A stretch of DNA of 64,000 nucleotides from Bifidobacteriaceae bacterium (GCA_031268215.1 JAIRXP010000086.1:2747-66746), one strand, 5' to 3'. Counted from the first letter of the stretch, positions 16,932 through 26,504 are shown. Program-made: numbers and translations. The notes: generated from the sequence alone by a model not told the origin.

Positions 16932-17972
16932 CTAGTTCCCCAGGACAACGGTCAGTTTGACCGGATTGTGATCTGAGAACTCAAAGTCCTCGTCAACAGT
17001 TTGGACCGCCTTGACCTCAACGTTCGGTGAGGTAATGAACCCATCTATGCCGAAGAGTTGATTCTTGCCGTCCCAGGGTGCGTCGTTGAGCCGCGAGGTC
17101 GGGGTTTTCGGATCGTTGGCCACGGTCCAGCCGGACGGCAGTGCCTTCTGGTCGAATTCGCCAGGCACCCAGTTGCGGGACACCTCCGGATAGTCGGCGC
17201 CAGGGAATGACTGGTTGAAGTCGCCGCCGGCTATGACGTAGTTGCCTGCCGCGTATTCATCCTTGAGGAGGGACACTAGCTGGGCCATCTGTTCAGCTCG
17301 GCCGGTGCCGTCCTCATAGGCTTCGAGGTGCAGGTTGACGAGCACCAGTTCCTTGCCGTCCGCGGTGGGCACCCGTTCGACCAGCAAGCAGCGCTTCAAG
17401 TTGAACAGGCGGACGGGCCATTTGAACGGCACGGGTAGGGCGAGACGGGTTGCCTGGGCGGCCTTGAGGCCGGTGACGGTGACCAGTCCGGAGTCAACCT
17501 TGCCGATTGGCGGCCAGGGATACGGGGTGAACATGGACTTGAAGTTCGGTGCGTAAGCCGAGGTCCCGCCCAGATCCGTGGCGATCCGCGTGACCTCATC
17601 AATGTTGTAGGAACGGTGCGAGGAGGAGTCAGCCTCTTGGATGAAGTAGACGTCAGCGGGCAGCTCCTTGAGCGCGGCTTGAATACCGTCCAGGTTGGAT
17701 TCGACATCCGCCTTGCGGTTGGGGCGAACCATGTCGCCACCGTCCATAAAGAAGTCTTGCGCCTTACCTAACCCGCCGTAGCCAATGTTGAAGGTCACCA
17801 GGGTCAGTTCAGAGCCTGGATCTGGTTTGGCCAACGTCCCGGAGCCGTTCACTGAGACGGATTCTTCCGCCTTGGGGCGATACTCCGTCAAGGAGGCGAT
17901 CCCGATGAAGCCCGCTGCGGCGATTACGAGCACCAGGGCGAGCGTGGCAATGATCTTGACTAACCTGCGCAT
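16932..17972 (-). CDS. Endonuclease/exonuclease/phosphatase (EEP) family protein, membrane-anchored
   Basis: Start set at ATG 17972 (MRRLVKIIATLALVLVIAAAG signal anchor) inside track ORF 16932..18305. EEP motifs are present (LVTFNIGYGG, VYFIQEAD, GGDFNQ, SDHNPV). Confidence 0.85.
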   Translation of the reverse strand: MRRLVKIIATLALVLVIAAAGFIGIASLTEYRPKAEESVSVNGSGTLAKPDPGSELTLVTFNIGYGGLGKAQDFFMDGGDMVRPNRKADVESNLDGIQAALKELPADVYFIQEADSSSHRSYNIDEVTRIATDLGGTSAYAPNFKSMFTPYPWPPIGKVDSGLVTVTGLKAAQATRLALPVPFKWPVRLFNLKRCLLVERVPTADGKELVLVNLHLEAYEDGTGRAEQMAQLVSLLKDEYAAGNYVIAGGDFNQSFPGADYPEVSRNWVPGEFDQKALPSGWTVANDPKTPTSRLNDAPWDGKNQLFGIDGFITSPNVEVKAVQTVDEDFEFSDHNPVKLTVVLGN

Positions 17973-18485
17973 ATGATCGAGTCTATGGCCCCGGCCCGTT
18001 ACTTGATTCAAACTGTCTGCACCGGCAACATTTGTCGTTCGCCCATGGCCGCTACGGTCTTGGCTACCTTCTTGGCCGATGCCGCTTTGTCCGGTTCCGC
18101 GGAAGTCGGCTCGTCGGGCGTCTCGGCCGAGGAAGACGGGAACGCGATTGACCGGCGCGCGGCCGCGGCCTTGCGCCGGCGGGGATACGAGCCGGACCTG
18201 ACTCACCGGGCCCACCGGATCACCCGGGAGGAGATCGAAGTCACGGATTTGATCCTGCCAGCGACCTTCAACCACTACCGGACGCTGACCAACCGGGGAG
18301 CTCATCCGGCTCGGCTGAAGATGATGCGGCAGTTTGACCCGGCCGTGGCGGAGCTGGAGCCGGGCTGGGAGCTTGATATCGAGGATCCTTGGTACGGTAC
18401 AGCGAACGATTTTGAGCTGGCCTTATCCCAGATTGAGGCGGCCTGTCCCGGAGTGGTGGATTATGTCCGCGAAGCCGTCGAGTAA
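17973..18485 (+). CDS. Low-molecular-weight protein-tyrosine phosphatase
   Basis: Active-site motif CTGNICRSP. The ATG at 17985 (MAPARYLIQTV) is an alternative start. Confidence 0.85.
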   Translation: MIESMAPARYLIQTVCTGNICRSPMAATVLATFLADAALSGSAEVGSSGVSAEEDGNAIDRRAAAALRRRGYEPDLTHRAHRITREEIEVTDLILPATFNHYRTLTNRGAHPARLKMMRQFDPAVAELEPGWELDIEDPWYGTANDFELALSQIEAACPGVVDYVREAVE

Positions 18486-19443
18486 CGGGAGCCCAGCCGG
18501 CCCAATCGGCCCAACCGGCAAAGATGGCCCGGATCGCCAGGATGTCCAAGGGGGAGAACGTGATCCGGCCGACGCCTGGCATAGCTGCGACTGCGGGGAT
18601 AAACACTGGGGATCGCGGGGCGCCGCCGGCACACTGATAATCCGGGATCGAGACGTGCTGCTGCAACTGCGGCCACCCGGGCTGCATCATGGCGGGTCCT
18701 GGGGTTTGCCGGGAGGCGCCCGCAAGACTGGCGAAGCGCCGTTGGGGGCGGCACTGCGTGAGTGTCAAGAAGAAACGGGGCTGGACCCGGGGTTCCTCGA
18801 GCCCGTGTGGTGGTGGGTGGCCAGCCATGGCGGTTGGTCTTACACGACGTTCGGGGCCCAGCTTCGTGAGGGTGCCGATCCGGCTGGTGTGAGCCGCGCC
18901 GGAACACCCCCAGGGGCGGCGGGGAACCCCAATTGGGAGACAGCCGCCCTGGAGTGGGTGCCGGCGGATCAGGTGGCTGACCGGGACCTGCATCCAGGTT
19001 TCGCTGCCGCCTGGCCGGATCTGAAACGAGTACTTGGCCAAAGGATGGGGCTGATCGTGGATACCGCCAACGTCATGGGTTCACGCCCGGATGGATGGTG
19101 GAAGGACCGCGCCGGGGCGGCGGTCCGCCTGCGTAATCAACTTGAACCTGTAGCGAGCTCCGGGCTGGCCAATGTCTTGCCGGATGGGCCCAGCGGCTGG
19201 TTCCCGGAGGTTGTCATGGTGGTGGAGGGCCGCGCTCGCGGGATTGACCAAGGCGAATCGGTCACGGTGGTGCACGCGCCGGGGGAGGGCGATGACCAAA
19301 TCGTCAAGGAAGCCCGCCGAGCGCTTGAGAAGGGGCGGTCGCCGGTCATGGTGGTGACCGCGGACAAGGGGCTGATTGGCCGGCTCGGCCGGGCTGGAAC
19401 GGACATAATGCGCCCCGGCAGACTGTTGGCGCTGATTGGTTAG
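18463..19443 (+). CDS. Nudix hydrolase fused to a C-terminal NYN/YacP-like domain
   Basis: Nudix box GLPGGARKTGEAPLGAALRECQEETG. The C-terminal half (LIVDTANVMGSRPDGWW...VVTADKGLIGR) resembles the NYN/PIN-like fold. Start ATG 18463 overlaps the phosphatase gene by 23 nt. Confidence 0.7.
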   Translation: MSAKPSSNGSPAGPIGPTGKDGPDRQDVQGGERDPADAWHSCDCGDKHWGSRGAAGTLIIRDRDVLLQLRPPGLHHGGSWGLPGGARKTGEAPLGAALRECQEETGLDPGFLEPVWWWVASHGGWSYTTFGAQLREGADPAGVSRAGTPPGAAGNPNWETAALEWVPADQVADRDLHPGFAAAWPDLKRVLGQRMGLIVDTANVMGSRPDGWWKDRAGAAVRLRNQLEPVASSGLANVLPDGPSGWFPEVVMVVEGRARGIDQGESVTVVHAPGEGDDQIVKEARRALEKGRSPVMVVTADKGLIGRLGRAGTDIMRPGRLLALIG

Positions 19444-19452
19444 GCTGGGCTG

Positions 19453-20040
19453 ATGGGATCGTATTCGTTGGCCGCAAAGCTGTGTGAGCTGACTCCATTC
19501 CAGCCGGAGGACACGCAGCGGGTATTTGATTACTGCCAGGACTCAGACATCCAACGTTGGACCGCGGTACCTGTGCCTTACGGGCCTAAGGACGCGACTA
19601 GCTTCGTTGAAGGCGCGAGCCAGAACGGCTGGGATTGGGAAACCGGCGGGAGTGACGAGCGGGTTTGGGCCATCCGAGTTCGAGCCGACGGCGCTTCCAT
19701 TTTGGCGGGGTCGGTGGGGCTCCGGCCGGACCCGCCGGGGCAGTCGCTGGAGATTGGCTATTTGCTGGCGCCGGATTGCCGGGGTCGTGGTTTGGCGTCC
19801 GATGCCGTTCTCACAGTTACCGCCCACGCCTTACGTGACCTGGGCATGCGTCGTGTGCTTTGGCGGGCGGCCGTGGGCAACTGGGGTTCGCGCCGAGTAG
19901 CTGAGCGTTGTGGCTTCAGGGTAGAGGGCGCTGTTCGTTCGCAAGTGGTGATTCGGGGCGATGTTCTTGACGGCTGGATTGGCACCGCGCTGGCCGAGGA
20001 TCTTCCAGCGAACCATGGGCGGGCTAACTCGGCGGACTGA
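19453..20040 (+). CDS. GNAT-family N-acetyltransferase (RimJ/RimL-like)
   Basis: Motif A region CRGRGLASDAVLTVTAHALRDLGMRRV, followed by NWGSRRVAERCGFRVEG. Confidence 0.8.
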   Translation: MGSYSLAAKLCELTPFQPEDTQRVFDYCQDSDIQRWTAVPVPYGPKDATSFVEGASQNGWDWETGGSDERVWAIRVRADGASILAGSVGLRPDPPGQSLEIGYLLAPDCRGRGLASDAVLTVTAHALRDLGMRRVLWRAAVGNWGSRRVAERCGFRVEGAVRSQVVIRGDVLDGWIGTALAEDLPANHGRANSAD

Positions 20041-20500
20041 GAGTGCCTGAGCAGCCGGCCGTGCCGCCTGGGGGAAGATTGGTCAGAACACAGACCACCT
20101 GGTCATACACATCGCGGACGGTGACTGAGGGCAGGGCTGGGCGGCCGGTGTTGGTGACGGTGTAGGTGTACCAAATGGTGGTGCCGGGGGCGACTTCGCC
20201 TCCGGCCTCAATCTCTGTGCCGGATCCGTTGATGAGGTCGTTGTACCCGGTCTTCCCGGACACCGGGTTTGCCCAGGCTTGGAGCTTGATCGACAAGTAG
20301 GGGGTGTAGCAATCGCTGAGTTCCAGCGGCACTGTCCGTGACAACTGGGATGACTCAAATTGGGTGCTGTTGCCGGTCGCGCCCAGGGTCTGCAAGCGGA
20401 TGTAGCCGCCAATCGGTGGAGTGGCCTTGAGTTTGATGGTCCCTGCGCTGGCGGCGGGGGCCGGGAGGATTGGGGCCCCGGCCAGGGGCAGTGAGCCCAC
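20024..20500 (-). CDS. Small probably secreted beta-sandwich-like protein; start unresolved
   Basis: 158-aa ORF (TIWYTYTVTNTGRPALPSVTV is like conserved-repeat/CARDB-type domains). An in-frame signal-peptide-like stretch (RRATQPW...SRVAAATAIFLVGSLPLAGA) lies upstream of the first GTG and contains no ATG, GTG or TTG. Confidence 0.5.
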   Translation of the reverse strand: MGSLPLAGAPILPAPAASAGTIKLKATPPIGGYIRLQTLGATGNSTQFESSQLSRTVPLELSDCYTPYLSIKLQAWANPVSGKTGYNDLINGSGTEIEAGGEVAPGTTIWYTYTVTNTGRPALPSVTVRDVYDQVVCVLTNLPPGGTAGCSGTLSPPS

Positions 20501-20606
20501 CAGGAAGATAGCTGTGGCAGCGGCTACGCGTGAGAGGCGGCTGACCGGCGGGGTCCAAGGCTGGGTGGCGCGGCGGGCGGGATGAGTAATCGGCTAGTTT
20601 TGGGGT

Positions 20607-21956
20607 ATGGAGACTCCCGCCACTAGCAGCGCGGCCCGCCCAACCGAACACCCCGCGGCGGATGACGCCATCCGGATAGCCCGGGATCTGATCCGCTTTG
20701 ACACCACCAACACCGGCGATGAGCGTTCCGCCGGTGAACGTGAGGCCGCCGAATACGTCACTGGCCTGCTTCAGGATTGGGGTTGCCAACCCGCCTATTT
20801 CGAATCAGAGCCAAGACGCGGCTCGGTGGTGGTGCGCCTGGAAGGCCAGGACCAGACCAGGCCGGCCCTGGTGCTGCACGGGCACCTTGATGTGGTGCCA
20901 GCCAACGCCGCCGAATGGCAGGCGGACCCGTTCGGGGCGGAAATCCGTGACGGCGCCATCTGGGGTCGGGGAGCGGTCGATATGAAAGACATGGATGCCA
21001 TGATCCTGGCGGTGGTCGGCTGGTGGCGTGACCAGGGCGTAAAGCCGCCGCGCGACATCGTGCTCTGCTTCTTCGCGGATGAGGAGGCCGGCGGCGCCTT
21101 GGGGAGCCGTTGGCTGGTCCGGAACCACCCAGAGCTGTTCGCGGGAGCCACCGAGGCTGTGTCGGAAGTGGGCGGGTTCTCAGTTAGCGTGGCGGGGCGG
21201 CGGGCTTACCTAATCCAAACGGCGGAGAAGGGGATCGCTTGGCTGAAACTGGTCTCGAAGGGAACGCCCGGGCACGGCTCGGCCATCAACCAAGACAATG
21301 CCGTCCGTCACTTGGTTGACGCCCTGGCGCGGATCGCAGCCCAGCCTTGGACCATGAACCTGACACCGACAGTTGAAGCGATGCTGCGGGGGGCGGCGGA
21401 CCTGGCTGGCGTCAATCTGGACCTCACTGACCGCCAATCGGTTGATCAGCTATTGGACGCTTTTGGCGCGGCCAAGCGGTTCGTCGGCGCATCGGTCGCC
21501 ACTGGGGTCAATCTGACTTCGCTGCACACCGGCTCCTCGAAGGTCAACGTGGTCCCACGCACGGCTGAAGGTACCATCGACATGCGTCCTTTGCCGGGTG
21601 AGGCCGCTGACGCCAAGGAACTCGTTACCAAACTGGCTGGGCCGCACATCGACATCAGCCCGCTCAATGAGGACATCGCCCTGGAGGCGCCACTGGACGC
21701 GCCTGTGGTGGCGGCCATGAAAGAAGCGCTGACCGCAGCCGATCCGTCGGCGGCTATCCTGCCCTACATGCTGGCTGGAGGCACTGACGGCAAGGCCTTG
21801 GCTCGGTTGGGGATCGCTTCCTATGGGTTCGCGCCGCTGCGCTTGCCGGACACCTTTGATTTCACGGCCATGTTCCATGGGGTCGATGAACGCGTGCCGA
21901 TCGATTCGCTGCGCTGGGGGGCTGGCGTGCTGGCGGACTTCCTGGGGCGGATCTGA
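20607..21956 (+). CDS. M20/M25/M40-family metallopeptidase (DapE/ArgE-like)
   Basis: Motifs LVLHGHLDVVP, FFADEEAGG and the dimerisation-domain layout are present. Confidence 0.85.
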   Translation: METPATSSAARPTEHPAADDAIRIARDLIRFDTTNTGDERSAGEREAAEYVTGLLQDWGCQPAYFESEPRRGSVVVRLEGQDQTRPALVLHGHLDVVPANAAEWQADPFGAEIRDGAIWGRGAVDMKDMDAMILAVVGWWRDQGVKPPRDIVLCFFADEEAGGALGSRWLVRNHPELFAGATEAVSEVGGFSVSVAGRRAYLIQTAEKGIAWLKLVSKGTPGHGSAINQDNAVRHLVDALARIAAQPWTMNLTPTVEAMLRGAADLAGVNLDLTDRQSVDQLLDAFGAAKRFVGASVATGVNLTSLHTGSSKVNVVPRTAEGTIDMRPLPGEAADAKELVTKLAGPHIDISPLNEDIALEAPLDAPVVAAMKEALTAADPSAAILPYMLAGGTDGKALARLGIASYGFAPLRLPDTFDFTAMFHGVDERVPIDSLRWGAGVLADFLGRI

Positions 21957-21972
21957 GCACCGGCGCGGGGCG

Positions 21973-22188
21973 TTAGCCCCACAGCGTTGATTCGACCCGC
22001 AGCACCTTGCGCCGCAACCAAACCCGCTTGACGCCACCCCAGTAGCGGGTTGACTTGGCCATCTCCCAACGGCCGTATTCGGCCTGGGCGGTGATCATTT
22101 GGTGAGCGGCGGTGGCCGTAGCGTGGGCCGGGACGGTCACGATCCGGTATTCGTAAGAGCCGCCTCGGGCGAGCCATGAATCAGTCAT
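21973..22188 (-). CDS. Small conserved actinobacterial protein (DUF5703-like)
   Basis: Start set at ATG 22188 (MTDSWLARGGSYEYRIVTV...AEYGRWEMAKSTRYWGGVKRVWLRRK). Family assignment is from memory of the motif. Confidence 0.55.
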   Translation of the reverse strand: MTDSWLARGGSYEYRIVTVPAHATATAAHQMITAQAEYGRWEMAKSTRYWGGVKRVWLRRKVLRVESTLWG

Positions 22189-22233
22189 CGGTACCCAATG
22201 GTAATGAAGGCTCAAACCCGGTAACGTCAAAGG

Positions 22234-22524
22234 ATGAACGCCGACCCGCGCTTGGCCCTGAACCGCTTAATCGGAGCTTTGGAACGGCATTTTGAGGCGG
22301 CCGCGACTGGCCGTAGTGACGACGACCCGTCCTATGTGGCGGCCTACCGCCAGTTAATCGCCGCCTTTGAGTCCTACGATGACGCCCTTTACGACGCCTA
22401 CGGGATTGACGCGGCGTTCTTGGTCTATGACGACGACGCCGACGATCTGGATGATTCTGGTGATGAAGATCTGGCGTTGGACGGCCTAGGGTCCACGGTG
22501 GACCCAGAGGTCTTCCCGCTCTAG
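22234..22524 (+). CDS. Acidic hypothetical protein
   Basis: 96-aa ORF with a strongly acidic C-terminus (YDDDADDLDDSGDEDL). TAACGT lies 6 nt upstream of the ATG. Confidence 0.5.
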   Translation: MNADPRLALNRLIGALERHFEAAATGRSDDDPSYVAAYRQLIAAFESYDDALYDAYGIDAAFLVYDDDADDLDDSGDEDLALDGLGSTVDPEVFPL

Positions 22525-22543
22525 CGCGGGCTCCCCAGCAGGC

Positions 22544-23491
22544 TCAGGCGGAGACCTCATCTAGGGCGTCTTCGATTTCGCGTGGAAGTTCGAGTTCTGC
22601 GCCGACCAGCGCGGTGTGTAATTGAGCGGCCGTTCGGGCGCCCAATATGGCGGAAGCGACGCCGGTTCTGCCCCGGACCCAAGCCAAGGCCACGTCCAAC
22701 GGGGATACTCCCAACCCGTCCGCGGCGGTAGCGACAGCCTCCACCACCCCAGCGGAGACGGCGGACAGATAGGGTGTCACAAATCCCCGTAAGTGAGGTG
22801 ACGCGGCCCGCGAATCGGCCGGCACGCCGTGGCGATATTTGCCGGTCAGGACGCCCCGCCCAAGTGGGCTCCAGGCCAGCAGCCCCAGTCCCAGGGCCGA
22901 TGCCGCCGGCACCAGTTCGGCTTCGATCCGCCGGTTGAGGAGGGAGTATTCGACCTCTACCCCGGCCAGTCCGGCGCCCAGGCTGGCGCCTTGGATCAAG
23001 GTGTGGGCCCGGGCGGTGATCCAAGCGGGATGGTTGGACAAGCCCAGATAGCGGGTCTTGCCGGAATCGAGAGCCCAGCGCAAGGCGCTGAGGGTCTCTT
23101 CTAGAGGGACCGCCGGGTCGGGGCGTTGGACTAGCCATAAGTCGACGTGATCAGTGCCGAGGCGGCTCAACGAATCTGTGAGATTGTCGATCAGGTTGCC
23201 GCGCGAAGCGTCCGTCTGGAACCGCTGACCGCGCAGTTTGGAACCGGACTTGGTGCAAATCACCAGGTCATCGCGGTTGACCATATTGGAACGGATGAAT
23301 GAGCCGAGCAGTTCCTCAGCGGCGCCGTCGCCGTAGGAGGAGGCCGTGTCGATCAACGTGCCACCGGCGTCGGTGAACTCCGCGAGCTGATCCGCGGCGT
23401 CCATCTCATCAGTGTCTCGCCCCCAGGTCATGGTGCCCAAGCCAATCGATGAGACTTTCAGGCCGCTCCGGCCAACGTTCCGGTAATCCAC
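22544..23491 (-). CDS. Aldo/keto reductase
   Basis: Start moved to GVDY (23491) to give the canonical MDYRNVGRSGLKVSSIGLGT. The track start 23554 would overlap uppP head-to-head. Confidence 0.85.
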   Translation of the reverse strand: MDYRNVGRSGLKVSSIGLGTMTWGRDTDEMDAADQLAEFTDAGGTLIDTASSYGDGAAEELLGSFIRSNMVNRDDLVICTKSGSKLRGQRFQTDASRGNLIDNLTDSLSRLGTDHVDLWLVQRPDPAVPLEETLSALRWALDSGKTRYLGLSNHPAWITARAHTLIQGASLGAGLAGVEVEYSLLNRRIEAELVPAASALGLGLLAWSPLGRGVLTGKYRHGVPADSRAASPHLRGFVTPYLSAVSAGVVEAVATAADGLGVSPLDVALAWVRGRTGVASAILGARTAAQLHTALVGAELELPREIEDALDEVSA

Positions 23492-23515
23492 GCCGACCAG
23501 CCTATAGTTGGGCGG

Positions 23516-24364
23516 ATGAGTTTGTGGGAAGCCCTGTTCCTGGGCCTTGTCCAAGGGCTGACCGAATTCTTGCCGATCTCCTCATCAGCCCATCTGCGGA
23601 TTGTTGGCGAGTTCTTGCCCTCTGCCGGGGATCCGGGCGCGGCCTTCACCGCGATCATCCAGATTGGCACCGAACTGGCCGTGCTGGTCTATTTTCGCCA
23701 ACAGGTCTGGGCCATCATCCGCTCTTGGGTGCTGTCCTGGAAGCAAGGCGGGAAGCCGATTGATCAGGATGCTCGTATGGGCTGGCTGATCATCATCGGT
23801 TCGGTGCCCATAGTCTTGTTGGGTGTGATCTTCCAGGATTCGATTGAGACCCATCTGCGCAATCTTTACATCACTGCGGGAACCTTGATCGGGTTTGGGC
23901 TGTTGCTTGGCGCGGCGGACGTCTACGCCGGGCGGGTGGCGGCTCGCGGCGAACCGAAGTCTTTGGACAACTTGGGCGTGCGTGATGGCGTCTTCTACGG
24001 ACTGGCCCAGGCCCTAGCTTTGATTCCCGGTGTTTCGCGGTCTGGTGGGACCATCACAGCTGGTCTGGCGATGGGTTATTCGCGTGAGGCGGCGGCACGG
24101 TATTCGTTCCTGCTGGCGATGCCAGCGGTTTTTGGCGCCGGGTTGCTTGAACTGGTCAAGTCGCTGGGAGACCACCAGGCCTTGGCCGCCGGGTGGGGGA
24201 ACACCATAGCTGCTGGGGTGGCTGCCTTCGCCGTTGGCTACGTGGTCATAATCGGCTTCCTGAAGGTTGTGTCCACCTACTCTTACCGGCCCTTCGTGTA
24301 CTACCGGGTGGCCCTGGGGGGGCTGATCCTGGCGCTTCTAGCGACGGGCCATCTTGTACCCTAA
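23516..24364 (+). CDS. uppP: Undecaprenyl-diphosphate phosphatase
   Basis: Motifs GLTEFLPISSSAHL and PGVSRSGGTI. Confidence 0.9.
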   Translation: MSLWEALFLGLVQGLTEFLPISSSAHLRIVGEFLPSAGDPGAAFTAIIQIGTELAVLVYFRQQVWAIIRSWVLSWKQGGKPIDQDARMGWLIIIGSVPIVLLGVIFQDSIETHLRNLYITAGTLIGFGLLLGAADVYAGRVAARGEPKSLDNLGVRDGVFYGLAQALALIPGVSRSGGTITAGLAMGYSREAAARYSFLLAMPAVFGAGLLELVKSLGDHQALAAGWGNTIAAGVAAFAVGYVVIIGFLKVVSTYSYRPFVYYRVALGGLILALLATGHLVP

Positions 24365-24368
24365 CTAG

Positions 24369-25643
24369 GTGCATCCGTGGACCGGCCAAGTAGTTAGCGT
24401 CATACCTGGTAAAGGCGAGGTTCCCCGAATCCAAGATGGCATCACGGGCAAGCTCATCCCTAGTCTGACAGGCAGTCAGGCTGACCTGTATGTGTGCGGC
24501 ATCACGCCCTACGATGCGACTCACCTGGGGCACGCCTTCACCTACCTGGCGTTTGATTTGTTAGTGCGGGCCTGGCGGGACGTTGGGGTTACCGTGCGTT
24601 ACGCACAGGGACTGACGGACGTGGATGATCCTTTGCTGGAGCGGGCTAGCGCCACCGGCCAAGACTGGCGGGAACTGGCCCGGAGCCAGACCGCTCTTTA
24701 CAAATCCGACATGGCGGCACTTGGCGTGATTCCGCCGGACGCCTACCGGGGCGTGGTCGAATCAGTGCCGCTGATCGTAGCGGCGGTAGAGCGGATGCTG
24801 GGCGCGGGCCAGGCTTACCGGGTGGCTTTGCCGGGCGGCCCCGCTTTAGGACCGGATTCCGGTTTGGGCGATGTCTACGCTGATCTCAGTACCGACCGGT
24901 GGTTTGGGTCGCTGTCTGGTCTGAACCGGGAGACCCAGGACCGGCTGTTCGCCGAACGCGGGGGAGACCCCGGCCGGCCGGGTAAGCGCCAGCGGCTTGA
25001 TCCGCTACTGTGGCGGGCCGCCCGCTCAGGCGAACCGTCCTGGGACGGACGGTCCCTGGGCCCCGGCCGGCCCGGGTGGCACATTGAATGCGCCGTGATA
25101 GCTGCCAATGAATTGGGTCAGCCTTTCGACGTTCTTGGGGGCGGTTCGGATCTGGCGTTCCCCCACCATGAGATGTCTACGTCCCATTCACGCGCCATCG
25201 GCGGTCTTGAGGCGCCAACGCGGCTGACCATGCACACCGGCATGGTCCACTACTTGGGCCAAAAGATGTCAAAATCGGTTGGCAACTTGGTGTTCGTCTC
25301 GGAGTTGTTGGGCCGGGGCGTTGACCCGGCGGTCCTGCGCCTGGCACTGATTGGCCACCATTACCGGACCAACTGGGAATGGAGCGGGCGGGAGCTGGCC
25401 TTGGCGGACGCCCGGTTGAGCCGTTGGCGGGACGGGATTGGCGCGGTCACCGCGCAACTCGATTCCACCGCGACGATCACCAAAATCCGTGCCGCGCTCG
25501 CCAACGACTTGGACGCCGCCGCGGCTATCGCGGCGGTCGATGATTGGATCAGCACCGCGTCTACCGGCACGGACCGGTCGCCTTACGCTGCCGGCGATTT
25601 ACGGCGCGCCATAGATGCCCTGCTGGGAATCAAACTCTACTGA
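24369..25643 (+). CDS. mshC: Cysteine:1D-myo-inosityl 2-amino-2-deoxy-alpha-D-glucopyranoside ligase (mycothiol synthesis)
   Basis: CysRS-like class I fold lacking the anticodon-binding tail. Motifs YVCGITPYDATHLGHA and KMSKSVGN. The N-terminus resembles mycobacterial MshC. Confidence 0.85.
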   Translation: MHPWTGQVVSVIPGKGEVPRIQDGITGKLIPSLTGSQADLYVCGITPYDATHLGHAFTYLAFDLLVRAWRDVGVTVRYAQGLTDVDDPLLERASATGQDWRELARSQTALYKSDMAALGVIPPDAYRGVVESVPLIVAAVERMLGAGQAYRVALPGGPALGPDSGLGDVYADLSTDRWFGSLSGLNRETQDRLFAERGGDPGRPGKRQRLDPLLWRAARSGEPSWDGRSLGPGRPGWHIECAVIAANELGQPFDVLGGGSDLAFPHHEMSTSHSRAIGGLEAPTRLTMHTGMVHYLGQKMSKSVGNLVFVSELLGRGVDPAVLRLALIGHHYRTNWEWSGRELALADARLSRWRDGIGAVTAQLDSTATITKIRAALANDLDAAAAIAAVDDWISTASTGTDRSPYAAGDLRRAIDALLGIKLY

Positions 25644-25659
25644 GCGGATTGGCTGGCCG

Positions 25660-25675
25660 CCGGCCCCGGCCGGCT
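25660..25675. terminator. GC-rich hairpin between convergent mshC and PAC2 genes
   Basis: GCCGGC...GCCGGC palindromic stem read by eye, with no U-tract. Confidence 0.3.
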
Positions 25676-25688
25676 GACCCCAGCCGTC

Positions 25689-26504
25689 TTACTGGCTGCC
25701 GCGGTGGCGCAGGTAGCGTTCAAACTCCTTGGCTAGGGCTTCGCCTGAGGCGGCCGGGGAGCGGAGGGTGTCGTTAGCGGCCTCCAGCGAGGCTATGTAA
25801 CCGGCTATCTCCGGGTCTTCGGCAGCGAGCGCATCGACGCCCTCAGCCCAGGCCCGGGCCTCATCCGCCAATTCGGCGGTGGACAGGCCGTTGAGGGGGA
25901 GCATCTCGGTCAGCTTCCGGATCAACGCCAACTGGGCCTTGGGTGAGGGCGAATTGGCCACATAGTGTGGCACCGGCACCCACAGCGCCATTGATGGGAT
26001 TCCGTGGACGCGGTTGGCGACCTGTTCCAGCACGGAGACAATGCCGGTGGGCCCTTCGTAGGTTGGGCTCTCCGCTCGGAACCGTTTCTGGAAATGGGAC
26101 ACTTCGGAGGAGGCCTGAACGGCGATGGCGCGCGAGTGCGGCACATCCGCCAGTAGTGCGCCCAGCACCACTAGGCGATCAATTCCCCACTCGACCAGTT
26201 GTTCCGTGATCTCTTCGATGAAGGCTTGCCAGTGGAAAGATGGCTCGACGCCTCGGATCAGCATGATCGGTTCGCCGCTCGCGAGGGGGGCCACCCAGAA
26301 GTCGGTCGTTGGCCAGATCAGACGGCGTTTCCCGTCTGGTCCGATCCGGCATTGCGGGCGGTTGACCTGGAAGTCGCAGTACTCTTCGGGGCTGATCGAA
26401 TCGAGCAGGTTGGCGTCGAGGTGCTGGACCAAGAATGACACCGCGTCAGTGGCCGCGGATCCCGCATCATTCCATCCGGCGAAGGCCGCTATCGCTGTAG
26501 ACAC
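25689..26504 (-). CDS. PAC2-family (proteasome assembly chaperone-like) protein
   Basis: 271 aa (AFAGWNDAGSAATDAV...EGPTGIVSVL...) with the typical actinobacterial PAC2 layout. Confidence 0.75.
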   Translation of the reverse strand: MSTAIAAFAGWNDAGSAATDAVSFLVQHLDANLLDSISPEEYCDFQVNRPQCRIGPDGKRRLIWPTTDFWVAPLASGEPIMLIRGVEPSFHWQAFIEEITEQLVEWGIDRLVVLGALLADVPHSRAIAVQASSEVSHFQKRFRAESPTYEGPTGIVSVLEQVANRVHGIPSMALWVPVPHYVANSPSPKAQLALIRKLTEMLPLNGLSTAELADEARAWAEGVDALAAEDPEIAGYIASLEAANDTLRSPAASGEALAKEFERYLRHRGSQ

